Shown here one piece after another: positions 50,823 through 60,876 of a stretch of DNA of 64,000 bases (position 1 is its first letter; each line of letters opens with the position of its first letter). The translations under genes were made by a program, and so were the position numbers. The DNA comes from Escherichia phage vB_EcoM-ZQ3, in sequence record MW630116.1. The stretch is one strand, 5' to 3'. The notes beneath the pieces were generated by a model that was given only the letters and a program-made list of their open reading frames with translations, was not told where the DNA came from and made no database searches.

Positions 50823-51818
50823 ATGAGCATTACATCTGATGCGGTAAAACATGAAATTAACGGTTTATGTGCTTCACAGATTAAAGTGTGGTTTAAAGAC
50901 CATAATGATCGCAGAGCACTTAATTATGAGCAAATTGCTATCCAAGTTCATCAATTACTGACTAGTAAATTTGATTTTCATATGCCGTCTGAAATCTATA
51001 CTAATCTACCGCGAGCGCTTATTAAAGCGTGTAAAGGTTACGGAAAATCAATGGCCGATGGAATCTTCAGCGCGCTGAATAAACTTAACGTTCTGTCGAT
51101 GATTAACTCTAACAACATCCTGCGTAATCTAGGACGTACTGATTTGTTCGGTCGGGAACAGTGTAAAATGCCTTTGAAATGGATTGTTGCTCATCTTAAC
51201 GAGAACCAAACACGTTTTATGGCCGTATCAGCACGCTTACAAATGGGCCTAGATCGTCAGATGAACTTTAAAACTCATCCACGTTATTCAGGTTCAACTG
51301 TCTTTTATAAATGTGAGCTTCAAAAGGTCGGTGGCAAAACTGTCTTAGTAGTTCGTGTAACGTTTGAAGGACGACGTCAAGGATATTTTGACCTAATCGG
51401 CTCTGGTCTTAAACATTGTGGATTTATTGACGAAGTTGATATCAAGCGAGACGGCATTGGATACCGTATTGGATATGTTTGTACTCTTAAAGAAGAGATT
51501 TCAGGACCAGCACCAGGACTAAAAGACGTTAGATATAAAGACGAGCTCGTTGAAGAAATAAAAGAAGTTGAATATGATATCAACCAAGAAGATGCTCTTA
51601 AAGACCTTATTGATGAACTGAACCAAGACGTTATTCCGGTTCAGAAATTTGAATCAAAACATGCTGAGCAAATCAAATACTTTGAAGCTTTGATTAACGA
51701 ACTTAATGTAACTATTCAACAGACTGACGATGAAATCTCACGATTAGCAGGCTTAAACGGTAAAAATAAAACAGAACGAGCTAATCTTATTCAGGTAGTA
51801 AAACTTCTTAAGGAATGA
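50823..51818 (+). CDS. Hypothetical protein with C-terminal coiled coil
   Basis: 331 aa; promoter at about 50770. Confidence 0.5.
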   Translation: MSITSDAVKHEINGLCASQIKVWFKDHNDRRALNYEQIAIQVHQLLTSKFDFHMPSEIYTNLPRALIKACKGYGKSMADGIFSALNKLNVLSMINSNNILRNLGRTDLFGREQCKMPLKWIVAHLNENQTRFMAVSARLQMGLDRQMNFKTHPRYSGSTVFYKCELQKVGGKTVLVVRVTFEGRRQGYFDLIGSGLKHCGFIDEVDIKRDGIGYRIGYVCTLKEEISGPAPGLKDVRYKDELVEEIKEVEYDINQEDALKDLIDELNQDVIPVQKFESKHAEQIKYFEALINELNVTIQQTDDEISRLAGLNGKNKTERANLIQVVKLLKE

Positions 51819-51873
51819 TGTACAACCAAGGATGGTTGGAGTATAATAAATTTTTCAACATGAGGAATATAAA

Positions 51874-52806
51874 ATGGCTTTTATTACACGTAGAGAACTT
51901 ATCAAAGAATTTACCTCGAACGCATATACTCCAGGACCTAATCCTATCCGTATGCCTGTAAAGACTCCTGAAGAGATTGAGGAAATCTGTTCATATTATG
52001 GGATTACTTCTCGTAAGTTTACTCAATTTGAATGCGTTACTAACACACCCGTTAAAGAGTTCATTAAAAATGGCGAGTTCAGCCGTTTATTAGCCAAACA
52101 GAAACTTCGTAATTTTTGTATTGGCGGTGAAGGACAATATTTCGCTAAGCAGTTCCGGAATAACCTTAACAATCTGATGGCCATTGCTTCTCGTATTCGT
52201 CCTCAAGCAATTAACATGAAACATTTGAAATATACTTACGATAAGTTGGAAATCATGGTTATCAGTGAGAATGAGTTCACTCTTACGTATAAACCTAAGA
52301 ATGATAACGTTGCTCGTGTATTCCACCAAGCGTTGGAAGTGTTAGGTGATAATATTCACCAGATTAAAGCAATTTATTCTCGTGAGCTTAATATTATCGA
52401 CCCTATCAAGAATAAGGGCCATATCGCTATCCAGGCTCGTGTATCTATTGGTAAAAAGGTTCCTGCACCATGGTGGCACAAAGACTCTGAATACTATCAA
52501 AATCTTAAAAAGGAAAATGCAACGTTCGAAGCGTCAATTATTGTCGCCCCGACTATCGGTAAGATTAATTCAGCTTCAGCACAACCTGTTATGTTTAACG
52601 GCACACCGTCGACTAAACTGGAAATCTCTAACGGTCTTCTTCCTGCCGAAGATTACTATTATAATCAAATCAAAGCCACTGCGGACCAACTGTCTGATGA
52701 ACTTGACAAAGCACAAGCTAAGCTTCGTGATGCTCAACAAGTAGTTACCAAGCTCCAGTTGCAGTACTCTAAACTTTTTAACGCAATGAATGCATTAAAA
52801 TCATAA
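51874..52806 (+). CDS. Hypothetical protein with C-terminal coiled coil
   Basis: 310 aa; promoter cassette ccaaggatggttggagtataat upstream. Confidence 0.5.
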   Translation: MAFITRRELIKEFTSNAYTPGPNPIRMPVKTPEEIEEICSYYGITSRKFTQFECVTNTPVKEFIKNGEFSRLLAKQKLRNFCIGGEGQYFAKQFRNNLNNLMAIASRIRPQAINMKHLKYTYDKLEIMVISENEFTLTYKPKNDNVARVFHQALEVLGDNIHQIKAIYSRELNIIDPIKNKGHIAIQARVSIGKKVPAPWWHKDSEYYQNLKKENATFEASIIVAPTIGKINSASAQPVMFNGTPSTKLEISNGLLPAEDYYYNQIKATADQLSDELDKAQAKLRDAQQVVTKLQLQYSKLFNAMNALKS

Positions 52807-52868
52807 ATCAGTTTACAACCAAGGATGGTTGGAGTATAATGAATCTATCTTAACGAGAGGAAAATATT

Positions 52869-53819
52869 ATGACACGTTCACATTATGTTGATTATTTTGC
52901 AGGTCTTATCGCTAACGTTCATGCCCAACGTGCTTCTGGTTCATTAGGATTTGATGTTCCACACCGAGTTGTAGTAAGTGGTATTCTTCGCGATTTTGGT
53001 ACATACACAGGCCAAGAAAATCATATCTGTAAAGATACTCAGAATGCGTATTCTCATTCATTAGGGACACTGCTTCAATGGTTCAAACGTTCTCGTTTAT
53101 TATCTTCTACTGTAGCTCGCGATAACATTAAAAACTTTATGAAGCCGAGCTTTATTAAATCTGTGACATCTAAAACCGATTTGGTTGAATTTACTATTAT
53201 TAACGATGTTAAAAAGACTCATTTGGCTGATTGGTTATCTACCATTCCTGAAACTAAATTTGCTGATAAATTTGCTTGTGAATTCAATAACCAAGTGAAT
53301 ATGCTTTTTAAACATTCACGTAAATTATTCACAGGCGGCGACGGTCGTACAAATAAAGTTCATGTTAAAGATTGGGTTACTGCAGTATTCAAACCAACTG
53401 GTAATTGTAACGCATCATTGTCAATTGATATCCAGGTTCCTTATTACTACTCACGTAATCTCGGTACCATGAAAGCTGAAGAAATTAATAAGCATAACAA
53501 AACCGTTCGTTCGTTGTCTTATAAACTTATTACATTGTTAGAGACTATGGATGTTGTTGAAACGTTCGACGAATCCGAAGATAACGGTTCAATGTTATAC
53601 AGTTCTCGTACCCGAATTAAGCTGAAGAACCCTAATATGTATAAACCTAAGCTTATTAAAGAACCTAAAGCAGAAAAGGTTGATATCATGGCTGAAGAAC
53701 GTGAATACCTCAAATCTCGTCTGAAAGAAGTCGAAGCCCAGATTGCAGAACAAACTAAATCGTTAAAAGCTCTGAATGCGAAAGCGGACGGTTTACGAAA
53801 TGCCATTGAGGTTTTATAA
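52869..53819 (+). CDS. Hypothetical protein with C-terminal coiled coil
   Basis: 316 aa; near-identical promoter cassette upstream. Confidence 0.5.
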   Translation: MTRSHYVDYFAGLIANVHAQRASGSLGFDVPHRVVVSGILRDFGTYTGQENHICKDTQNAYSHSLGTLLQWFKRSRLLSSTVARDNIKNFMKPSFIKSVTSKTDLVEFTIINDVKKTHLADWLSTIPETKFADKFACEFNNQVNMLFKHSRKLFTGGDGRTNKVHVKDWVTAVFKPTGNCNASLSIDIQVPYYYSRNLGTMKAEEINKHNKTVRSLSYKLITLLETMDVVETFDESEDNGSMLYSSRTRIKLKNPNMYKPKLIKEPKAEKVDIMAEEREYLKSRLKEVEAQIAEQTKSLKALNAKADGLRNAIEVL

Positions 53820-54124
53820 TGAAACTACGTCTTTTAGAGGATATTGATATGAGCACTAATCACGGCTTGGTTAAGTTTATTGACGATAGTTCAAAGATTG
53901 AATTTGTTCAGCGAGATAAAATCCACGGTGAAGAAGAGTTCGTTCCTCCGGCATGGAACGAAATCATGAAAATGGTTGAACGACGTGAAAATGCTGCCAA
54001 ATCGGCAGCAAAACATCCATGCCCGGAATGTGGAACTATCCAAGTCCAACTGGTTAACTGGACCACTGATAACTTGAAATTGAAATGCCGTAAATGCTTC
54101 CACAAATTTGAGAGAACATTATAA
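53819..54124 (+). CDS. Hypothetical protein with C-terminal zinc ribbon
   Basis: CPECG...CRKC; 101 aa. Confidence 0.5.
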   Translation: MKLRLLEDIDMSTNHGLVKFIDDSSKIEFVQRDKIHGEEEFVPPAWNEIMKMVERRENAAKSAAKHPCPECGTIQVQLVNWTTDNLKLKCRKCFHKFERTL

Positions 54125-54537
54125 TGAGATATAGCCTTCGTTTGTTTATTGCAGCTTTAGTTTTTGCCATCATTCCATTCATTTGGAACAGCCAGAATAC
54201 TTACATGGAAACTAAAGTAATTCCTGTGGAGGTAGTGGAATTAATCTCAGGTCAATCTACAGGAAAATATTCTAAATTGGAATTTATTGCAGTTTATAAA
54301 GATGAACAAGGTCGAGTTTTTGACAGGCGTGTATCGCCATCGTTTTATACGCTTCTGAATAAAGGTGATACGATAGCTATAGAAATTCGTGAGATGGATA
54401 TCAAACAAACTACTAAAGATAACTTGATTTGGTTCTTTGGTACAGTGTTGTTGGTTTCTATCTGTATCACAGGTTTTATTACATGTATTGTATTTGGTGT
54501 TGCATATTTAATCGATGAAAGGAAAAATAATGTTTAA
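54124..54537 (+). CDS. Predicted membrane protein
   Basis: 137 aa; N- and C-terminal hydrophobic helices. Confidence 0.5.
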   Translation: MRYSLRLFIAALVFAIIPFIWNSQNTYMETKVIPVEVVELISGQSTGKYSKLEFIAVYKDEQGRVFDRRVSPSFYTLLNKGDTIAIEIREMDIKQTTKDNLIWFFGTVLLVSICITGFITCIVFGVAYLIDERKNNV

Positions 54538-54793
54538 AGTGTACGGGTATGACTCTACTATTCATAAATGCATTTATTGCGATAATGCGAAACGATTGCT
54601 GACTGTTAAGAAACAGCCATTCGAATTCATTAATGTTATGCCAGAAAAAGGTGTGTTCGATGATGAGAAAATTGCTGAGCTTCTGGTTAAGCTTGGACGT
54701 GAATCACAAGTCGGATTGACTATGCCTCAAGTGTTTGCTCCTGACGGAAGTCACATTGGTGGATTTGACCAACTGCGAGAATATTTTAAATGA
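54530..54793 (+). CDS. nrdC: Thioredoxin/glutaredoxin NrdC
   Basis: 87 aa from MFKVYGYDSTIHKCIYC; active-site CIYC; T4 NrdC-like. Confidence 0.85.
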   Translation: MFKVYGYDSTIHKCIYCDNAKRLLTVKKQPFEFINVMPEKGVFDDEKIAELLVKLGRESQVGLTMPQVFAPDGSHIGGFDQLREYFK

Positions 54794-55125
54794 ACAATAT
54801 TGATTTCACCAAAGCATATAAATTTGTAGCAACTCTTCTCGGCCCTGACGCTCCTACTAAGCTTGAAGTTTTAAATTCGATTCCGACTTCATTGGTTCGA
54901 GATGCTGAAATATGGACATGGGATGACCCGGCTGTTTGTGAAGACCTGTACATTCTGATGAATGACATGATGGTTAAAAAGCCTGAAACAATGGTTACTA
55001 TTACTGTTGAAGAATATAATCGCCTACAAGCCATCGAAGAGCTTCTGTGGAACATTGAATCTGCTTTGCCATCTGGGCTAGAATCCTGGATTGATTATGA
55101 AGAGCTTAATAAACTCCGCGGTTAA
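54790..55125 (+). CDS. Hypothetical protein
   Basis: 111 aa; ATGA overlap with nrdC. Confidence 0.5.
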   Translation: MNNIDFTKAYKFVATLLGPDAPTKLEVLNSIPTSLVRDAEIWTWDDPAVCEDLYILMNDMMVKKPETMVTITVEEYNRLQAIEELLWNIESALPSGLESWIDYEELNKLRG

Positions 55126-55253
55126 ACCGTGGTATTCGGCTCGATGGGAGACGGTCGAGCCGGACGTTGAAACAGTTTACAACGACGAAGAAACGTGTTA
55201 TGATGAGCCTTCAATAAATGAATTAATTGATATGGAAATGGGAAGAGATTATT

Positions 55254-55424
55254 ATGCAAGTTAAATTATTGTACCGTTTATTAAAAAATGGCAAGCATGA
55301 TTGGTATTTGCTTATTAAAACCGATCCGAATTTTTTCTCTGGACAACCATTTACAGTTCGTCCTACTAAACGTCAGCTTCGCAAAGCTAAACGTTCTCAT
55401 CGTAACTTTTATAGAGAATATTGA
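55254..55424 (+). CDS. Hypothetical small basic protein
   Basis: 56 aa; strongly basic C-terminus; early promoter and hairpin upstream. Confidence 0.4.
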   Translation: MQVKLLYRLLKNGKHDWYLLIKTDPNFFSGQPFTVRPTKRQLRKAKRSHRNFYREY

Positions 55425-55425
55425 T

Positions 55426-55851
55426 ATGAATATTTCTGAAACTCGCGGTAAATGGTTCAAGATTGTTAAAGAAGATGAAGAACTACAAGTCAAGTTTCCT
55501 GAATTAAAGAAAGGAACACTCATCAAGGTAATTGGTACTACTACCGAAGATGGTTATGGCGGCCATGGCATTAACGAAGTGATGTTGAACACAGGTGAGA
55601 AACTTTGCATCTATGACCGTGATACTTCTCTTTGGTGCTTCTGGGAATCCCATTCAATAGATGAACTCGAAGAAATTGACCAAGTAGTTTGTGTTGGCGA
55701 ATTCGAAGGTGAACGTATTTCTTATGCTCTAGCTAAATTAGCCGCCCAAGAAAATAATGACGGTTATGAAGGTAATCTGATGCAAGCCGCAGCGGAATAC
55801 ATTGAATATTTAGAAAGACGTTTTCATCGAGACTTTTATAACGTTTACTAA
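55426..55851 (+). CDS. Hypothetical protein adjacent to gene 49 (position of T4 pin; identity not established)
   Basis: 141 aa from ATG; track ORF extends upstream to 55288 in the same frame. Confidence 0.45.
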   Translation: MNISETRGKWFKIVKEDEELQVKFPELKKGTLIKVIGTTTEDGYGGHGINEVMLNTGEKLCIYDRDTSLWCFWESHSIDELEEIDQVVCVGEFEGERISYALAKLAAQENNDGYEGNLMQAAAEYIEYLERRFHRDFYNVY

Positions 55852-55853
55852 AT

Positions 55854-55861
55854 TATAAATA
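55854..55861 (+). promoter_or_regulatory. Late promoter TATAAATA upstream of gene 49, followed by an ACCCTTA...TAAGGGT inverted repeat
   Basis: Exact consensus 30 nt before the ATG; inverted repeat 55862..55886 overlaps the SD. Confidence 0.5.
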
Positions 55862-55890
55862 CCCTTATCTATTTAAGGTAAGGGTTTATC

Positions 55891-56364
55891 ATGTTATTAT
55901 CAGGCGCAAAATATAAAGAAGAAAAACAAAAATTTTATGATGCACAGAATGGTAAGTGTCCTATTTGCCACCGTGAATTAGACCCTGATGTTCAAGGTAA
56001 CCATCTTGACCACGACCATGAATTAAACGGGCCAAAAGCAGGTAGAGTTCGTGGGTTACTCTGTAATCTGTGCAACGCAGCAGAAGGCCAAATGAAGCAT
56101 AAGTTCAACCGTTCCGGTCTTAAAGGACGTGATGTCGACTACTTAGAATGGCTTGAAGCTCTTCTTGCTTATTTGAAACAAGATTATTCTGATAATAATA
56201 TCCATCCTAATTTTGTTCCAGACAAAACTAAAGAGTTCTCAAGACTAGGTAAAGAGGAAATGATGTCCGAGATGCTTCAAAGAGGATTTGAATATAATGA
56301 ATCTGATACCAAAACACAATTAATAGCTTCATTCAAAAAGCAGCTTAGAAAGAGTTTAAAATGA
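55891..56364 (+). CDS. 49: Endonuclease VII, Holliday-junction resolvase (gene 49)
   Basis: 157 aa; MLLSGAKYKEEKQKFYDAQNGKCPICHREL...HLDHDHELNGPKAG; T4 endo VII-like. Confidence 0.95.
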   Translation: MLLSGAKYKEEKQKFYDAQNGKCPICHRELDPDVQGNHLDHDHELNGPKAGRVRGLLCNLCNAAEGQMKHKFNRSGLKGRDVDYLEWLEALLAYLKQDYSDNNIHPNFVPDKTKEFSRLGKEEMMSEMLQRGFEYNESDTKTQLIASFKKQLRKSLK

Positions 56365-58178
56365 AAATTGAAAAAGAAATTGAAGGATTAATTCATAAAA
56401 CTAATAAAGATCTTTTGAACGAGAATGCTAATAAAGATTCTCGTGTTTTTCCAACTCAACGGGACCTTATGGCTGGTATTGTGTCTAAGCACATTGCCAA
56501 AAATATGGTCCCGTCTTTTATTATGAAAGCACATGAAAGCGGAATTATCCATTTCCATGATATTGATTATTCTCCTGCTCTTCCATTTACTAATTGCTGT
56601 TTAGTAGATTTAAAAGGAATGCTTGAGAATGGATTTAAATTAGGCAATGCTCAAATTGAAACGCCTAAATCTATTGGCGTTGCTACTGCAATTATGGCAC
56701 AAATTACTGCACAAGTTGCTTCGCATCAGTATGGTGGAACTACATTTGCGAATGTAGATAAAGTCCTTTCTCCTTATGTTAAACGCACCTACGCAAAACA
56801 TATTGAGGACGCAGAAAAATGGCAAATCGCTGATGCATTGAATTATACCCAATCTAAAACAGAAAAAGACGTATACGATGCATTCCAAGCGTATGAATAT
56901 GAAGTAAATACTCTCTTTAGTTCAAACGGACAAACGCCTTTTGTAACAATTACGTTTGGTACGGGAACTGACTGGGCTGAACGAATGATTCAGAAAGCAA
57001 TTCTGAAAAATCGTATTAAAGGCCTTGGACGCGATGGGATAACTCCTATTTTTCCTAAACTTGTTATGTTTGTTGAAGAAGGTGTTAATCTTTATAAAGA
57101 TGATCCGAACTATGATATTAAACAACTTGCGTTAGAATGTGCAAGCAAAAGAATGTATCCTGACATTATTTCTGTTAAGAATAATAAAGCTATTACCGGT
57201 TCTTCAGTTCCTGTTTCTCCGATGGGCTGTCGTAGTTTCTTGAGCGTATGGAAAGATTCGACTGGTAATGAAATTCTTGATGGACGTAATAATCTTGGTG
57301 TTGTAACACTGAATCTTCCTCGTATTGCGTTAGATTCTTATATTGGAACACAGTTCAATGAACAGAAATTTGTTGAGCTATTTAATGAACGAATGGATCT
57401 GTGTTTTGAAGCTTTGATGTGTAGAATTAGTTCCTTAAAAGGAGTTAAAGCTACTGTTGCTCCTATTCTTTACCAAGAAGGTGCATTTGGGGTTCGTCTT
57501 AAACCTGATGACGACATAATTGAGTTATTTAAAAACGGTAGAAGTTCGGTGTCTTTAGGATACATTGGTATTCACGAATTGAATATTCTTGTCGGTCGTG
57601 ATATTGGGCAAGAAATTTTAACTAAAATGAATGCTCATCTTAAACAGTGGTCTGAAAGAACTGGATTTGCTTTTAGTTTATATTCTACTCCTGCTGAAAA
57701 CCTTTGTTATCGCTTCTGTAAACTTGATACAGAAAAATATGGAAGTGTAAAAGATGTTACTGATAAAGGCTGGTACACTAATAGTTTCCATGTTTCAGTA
57801 GAAGAAAATATCACTCCGTTTGAAAAGATTTCTCGCGAAGCCCCATATCATTTCATTGCGACTGGCGGACATATTTCTTATGTTGAACTTCCTGATATGA
57901 AAAATAACCTAAAAGGTCTTGAGGCTGTATGGGATTATGCTGCACAACATTTAGATTATTTTGGTGTTAATATGCCAGTAGATAAATGTTTTACATGTGG
58001 AAGTACTCATGAAATGACTCCTACTGAAACCGGATTTGTTTGTTCTATTTGTGGAGAAACTGACCCTAAAAAGATGAACACCATAAGAAGAACATGCGGT
58101 TATCTTGGAAATCCTAACGAACGCGGATTTAATCTCGGCAAAAATAAAGAAATCATGCATAGGGTTAAACACCAATGA
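56361..58178 (+). CDS. nrdD: Anaerobic ribonucleoside-triphosphate reductase NrdD (uninterrupted)
   Basis: 605 aa; C-terminal Zn and glycyl-radical region; continuous ORF with no intron. Confidence 0.95.
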   Translation: MKIEKEIEGLIHKTNKDLLNENANKDSRVFPTQRDLMAGIVSKHIAKNMVPSFIMKAHESGIIHFHDIDYSPALPFTNCCLVDLKGMLENGFKLGNAQIETPKSIGVATAIMAQITAQVASHQYGGTTFANVDKVLSPYVKRTYAKHIEDAEKWQIADALNYTQSKTEKDVYDAFQAYEYEVNTLFSSNGQTPFVTITFGTGTDWAERMIQKAILKNRIKGLGRDGITPIFPKLVMFVEEGVNLYKDDPNYDIKQLALECASKRMYPDIISVKNNKAITGSSVPVSPMGCRSFLSVWKDSTGNEILDGRNNLGVVTLNLPRIALDSYIGTQFNEQKFVELFNERMDLCFEALMCRISSLKGVKATVAPILYQEGAFGVRLKPDDDIIELFKNGRSSVSLGYIGIHELNILVGRDIGQEILTKMNAHLKQWSERTGFAFSLYSTPAENLCYRFCKLDTEKYGSVKDVTDKGWYTNSFHVSVEENITPFEKISREAPYHFIATGGHISYVELPDMKNNLKGLEAVWDYAAQHLDYFGVNMPVDKCFTCGSTHEMTPTETGFVCSICGETDPKKMNTIRRTCGYLGNPNERGFNLGKNKEIMHRVKHQ

Positions 58179-58645
58179 ATTATGATAGATTTTATCCTTG
58201 CGATTTTGTGAATGGCCCTGGTTGCAGGGTCGTTCTTTTCGTTACAGGTTGTTTGCATAAATGCGAAGGGTGTTATAATAAATCAACATGGAACGCTAGA
58301 AATGGTATTCCATTCACGGGTGAAACACTAGAGCAATTAATTGAATGTTTGAATAATGATTATATAGAAGGATTAACTATAACTGGAGGAGACCCTCTCT
58401 ATCCCGATAACAGAGATGTTGTTCATTGCATTGCTCAAACAGTAAAAAATCTTTATCCCAATAAAAGCATTTGGTTGTGGACAGGATATAAGTTTGAAGA
58501 TATTAAACAACTAGAAATGCTTAAATATGTTGATGTTATTATTGATGGGAAGTATGAGAAAAATCTTCCGACCAAAAAACTGTGGCGAGGATCAGATAAT
58601 CAGCGACTTTGGTCAAATACCGATGGGGTGTGGAAACATGATTAA
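58175..58645 (+). CDS. nrdG: Anaerobic RNR activating enzyme NrdG (radical SAM)
   Basis: 156 aa; Cys-rich radical-SAM-type N-terminus (CDFVNGPGCR...CLHKCEGC). Confidence 0.93.
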   Translation: MNYDRFYPCDFVNGPGCRVVLFVTGCLHKCEGCYNKSTWNARNGIPFTGETLEQLIECLNNDYIEGLTITGGDPLYPDNRDVVHCIAQTVKNLYPNKSIWLWTGYKFEDIKQLEMLKYVDVIIDGKYEKNLPTKKLWRGSDNQRLWSNTDGVWKHD

Positions 58646-58755
58646 ATTGAATTACATTATGGATACTATAAATGATATGATTTTTCGTTTTGGTCCAGAA
58701 TTTTATTCGCAGTATAGTTTGGTGTTTATCAATGCTTAGTTAATTAAGGGTAAAT

Positions 58756-58971
58756 ATGTATAAATTTCGTAAAGGTTTAGCTGATTTTCTTACAACTGTA
58801 ACGTTCTTTTTGTTTATGGCAGTTGGAGCTATTTTTCTTATTCCTTTTACTGTTGTATTTTTCTTGATTAGTTTAATTTCTCCGGAAAAGGGTTTATCCT
58901 CCAGCGAATTCAATGAACGTTTGGACAAAATTACTAATAAACTGAATTCTGTTCTTGATAAAAAGGCTTAA
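58756..58971 (+). CDS. Small membrane protein
   Basis: 71 aa; one long hydrophobic helix. Confidence 0.45.
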   Translation: MYKFRKGLADFLTTVTFFLFMAVGAIFLIPFTVVFFLISLISPEKGLSSSEFNERLDKITNKLNSVLDKKA

Positions 58972-58973
58972 TT

Positions 58974-59291
58974 ATGATTAGTTTTGAGCGGTATGTGGTA
59001 GAGAGTTGGAAAGGTTTTGATATGTTCGGTAATGACTATTATTTTTACGAATGTAATCTAAATCCTAGTTTTTGGGCTGGACGTGAACGAGATCTCGAAG
59101 AAATTAATGCTCGTGCCGAATTGTTAGGTGAACTGCCTACAGTTTATTTTACCTTTGATGAATCTGGATTTGTTATCCAGGTTTATTTTCCTGAAGAAAA
59201 CTCTGGCGAGGATTCTGTTAATCCTCCTTATTGGGCTTACCAAGGAATTATTTCTCGTGGAACAAAACTCGAACTTAAAGAACAAGATTGA
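58974..59291 (+). CDS. Hypothetical protein
   Basis: 105 aa. Confidence 0.5.
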   Translation: MISFERYVVESWKGFDMFGNDYYFYECNLNPSFWAGRERDLEEINARAELLGELPTVYFTFDESGFVIQVYFPEENSGEDSVNPPYWAYQGIISRGTKLELKEQD

Positions 59292-59580
59292 AATTTATGG
59301 CATCCCTGAAGAAGTAGGACGTTGTCCGGGATGTTATACTGTTACAAAACTTTTAAAGGAGCTCAATGCTCCTTATACATTTTATAAAGTCCTCACTAAT
59401 AATGGTAAGATTGAATATGACCGTCCTTTAATCGTATCTCTTGCTAAACGTGCAGGATTCACTTCACTTAATATTCGTTATCCTGTCATATTTTTAAATG
59501 ATAAGAAACAAAAGAATATTGCAGAGTTTAAAAAGTCCTTGATTTCATTAGGATATGACTCTGATATCATAGAAGATTGA
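59287..59580 (+). CDS. Glutaredoxin-like protein (possible NrdH-type redoxin); start codon unresolved
   Basis: IEIYGIPEEVGRCPGCY redox motif; no in-frame ATG near the N-terminus (candidates ATT 59287, GTG 59257); overlaps the upstream gene. Confidence 0.45.
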   Translation: MEIYGIPEEVGRCPGCYTVTKLLKELNAPYTFYKVLTNNGKIEYDRPLIVSLAKRAGFTSLNIRYPVIFLNDKKQKNIAEFKKSLISLGYDSDIIED

Positions 59581-59745
59581 CCAGGTGCCGCCTGGTCTTC
59601 TTTATCTCATTTCTAATATAATCCATTGGAATCTTCACTTCACTATCTCCTTGTGCCCCTCTCAAATCGAAAATATTTTCATAAAACAGTTTACATCCTC
59701 AATAGATGTGTTAAGATTAAACCATCCACTATAGAGGAAAATAAA

Positions 59746-59928
59746 ATGACAATTGAAGATAAAGAAATTAAGGTCGACCAGTACTATTCTGTCAATGGTA
59801 ATGCAATACAGATAACCAGAGTTTCAAGCCTGGATGTTTGGTACCGTTCAATCAAATATCCAGAAATTGGTGAAATGCTTTGTGACCGTGGTATCTTCTG
59901 TTCAATTGCGAAGGAAATTAAGCCATGA
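59746..59928 (+). CDS. Hypothetical small protein
   Basis: 60 aa; GAGGAAAA RBS downstream of a promoter cassette. Confidence 0.4.
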   Translation: MTIEDKEIKVDQYYSVNGNAIQITRVSSLDVWYRSIKYPEIGEMLCDRGIFCSIAKEIKP

Positions 59929-60173
59929 TTAGTTTAGATTCAAAGAAAGTTGTTCTAACTCTTAATGTAAACAACGAACGTCCAGTATTCGTTACCATTT
60001 CCGATTTGCATGTTGAAATTGCTAATGGCGTCCGTACTTATCAAACGTCTAAAACACAATGGGACTATATCCCAATGTTGACGCTTACTCAGCGTTTAGA
60101 ATCAATCGGTCTTAAAGACCTTTCAGTAAGTGAAATGAATTTTATCAAACGCATTGTATCAATCAACCTCTGA
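59925..60173 (+). CDS. Hypothetical protein
   Basis: 82 aa; ATGA overlap. Confidence 0.45.
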   Translation: MISLDSKKVVLTLNVNNERPVFVTISDLHVEIANGVRTYQTSKTQWDYIPMLTLTQRLESIGLKDLSVSEMNFIKRIVSINL

Positions 60174-60180
60174 GGTACTT

Positions 60181-60474
60181 ATGGGTAAAACGTATCGTCG
60201 TAAAGATTTGAAAGTTCGTGATTACGACTATTTTGGTAAACGTAAAGCTCCTGACGGTGTTAGCCACAAAGTCATGGTTGAAAACATTTTCCGCTCAGAT
60301 AAATGGAAACGTATGAAAGGCGTTGATTCTGAAGTCAAGAACGAAATGAATCGACAACTCCGCAAAGAAGTTCGTAAGTTGAAAAAAGATGTTTACAGTA
60401 AAGAAGATTATGATTATAATACTTCTCATACTGAAGCCAAACGTAAAGCTAATGAATGTTATCGTTACAGTTGA
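60181..60474 (+). CDS. Hypothetical basic protein
   Basis: 97 aa; GAGGT RBS. Confidence 0.45.
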   Translation: MGKTYRRKDLKVRDYDYFGKRKAPDGVSHKVMVENIFRSDKWKRMKGVDSEVKNEMNRQLRKEVRKLKKDVYSKEDYDYNTSHTEAKRKANECYRYS

Positions 60475-60481
60475 GGAAATT

Positions 60482-60616
60482 ATGAATATCAAACGAATGC
60501 TTTTTAAGCAGGGATTATATACTTTAAATGTTAATCCAAAGGGTGATACAACTAAATGGTCTGTAAATGACTGGATTAAGTTCATCGATGAAAATGGGGC
60601 GTGGAACACAAAATGA
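60482..60616 (+). CDS. Hypothetical small protein
   Basis: 44 aa; GAGGAAA RBS. Confidence 0.35.
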   Translation: MNIKRMLFKQGLYTLNVNPKGDTTKWSVNDWIKFIDENGAWNTK

Positions 60617-60813
60617 ATCCTGAAAATATTGTGTCATGGCAACTTCGTGAAGAACGTGCCGAATTCTTTGCCAATATGAAACTCAATGGTGTTGAGGACG
60701 AAGACTTTTTACGTTGGTTCTGGATTTACAAATACAAAGAATGCCAACATGCCGTGCTATTGACTTGCGCAGCTATGTATGAAGGCTGGAAAGGCGCTAA
60801 AAAGTTCGGTTAA
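60613..60813 (+). CDS. Hypothetical protein
   Basis: 66 aa; ATGA overlap. Confidence 0.4.
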   Translation: MNPENIVSWQLREERAEFFANMKLNGVEDEDFLRWFWIYKYKECQHAVLLTCAAMYEGWKGAKKFG

Positions 60814-60876
60814 TAATGTACGACGATAGGAAGACATGTTATTATCTTCCTATCGTCTTAAAATGAGGAAAATATC

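Noticed and set aside
56361-58178. Looked for the group I intron and intron-encoded endonuclease that interrupt nrdD in T4
   Set aside because: NrdD is one continuous 605-aa frame; no intron or intron ORF is present.
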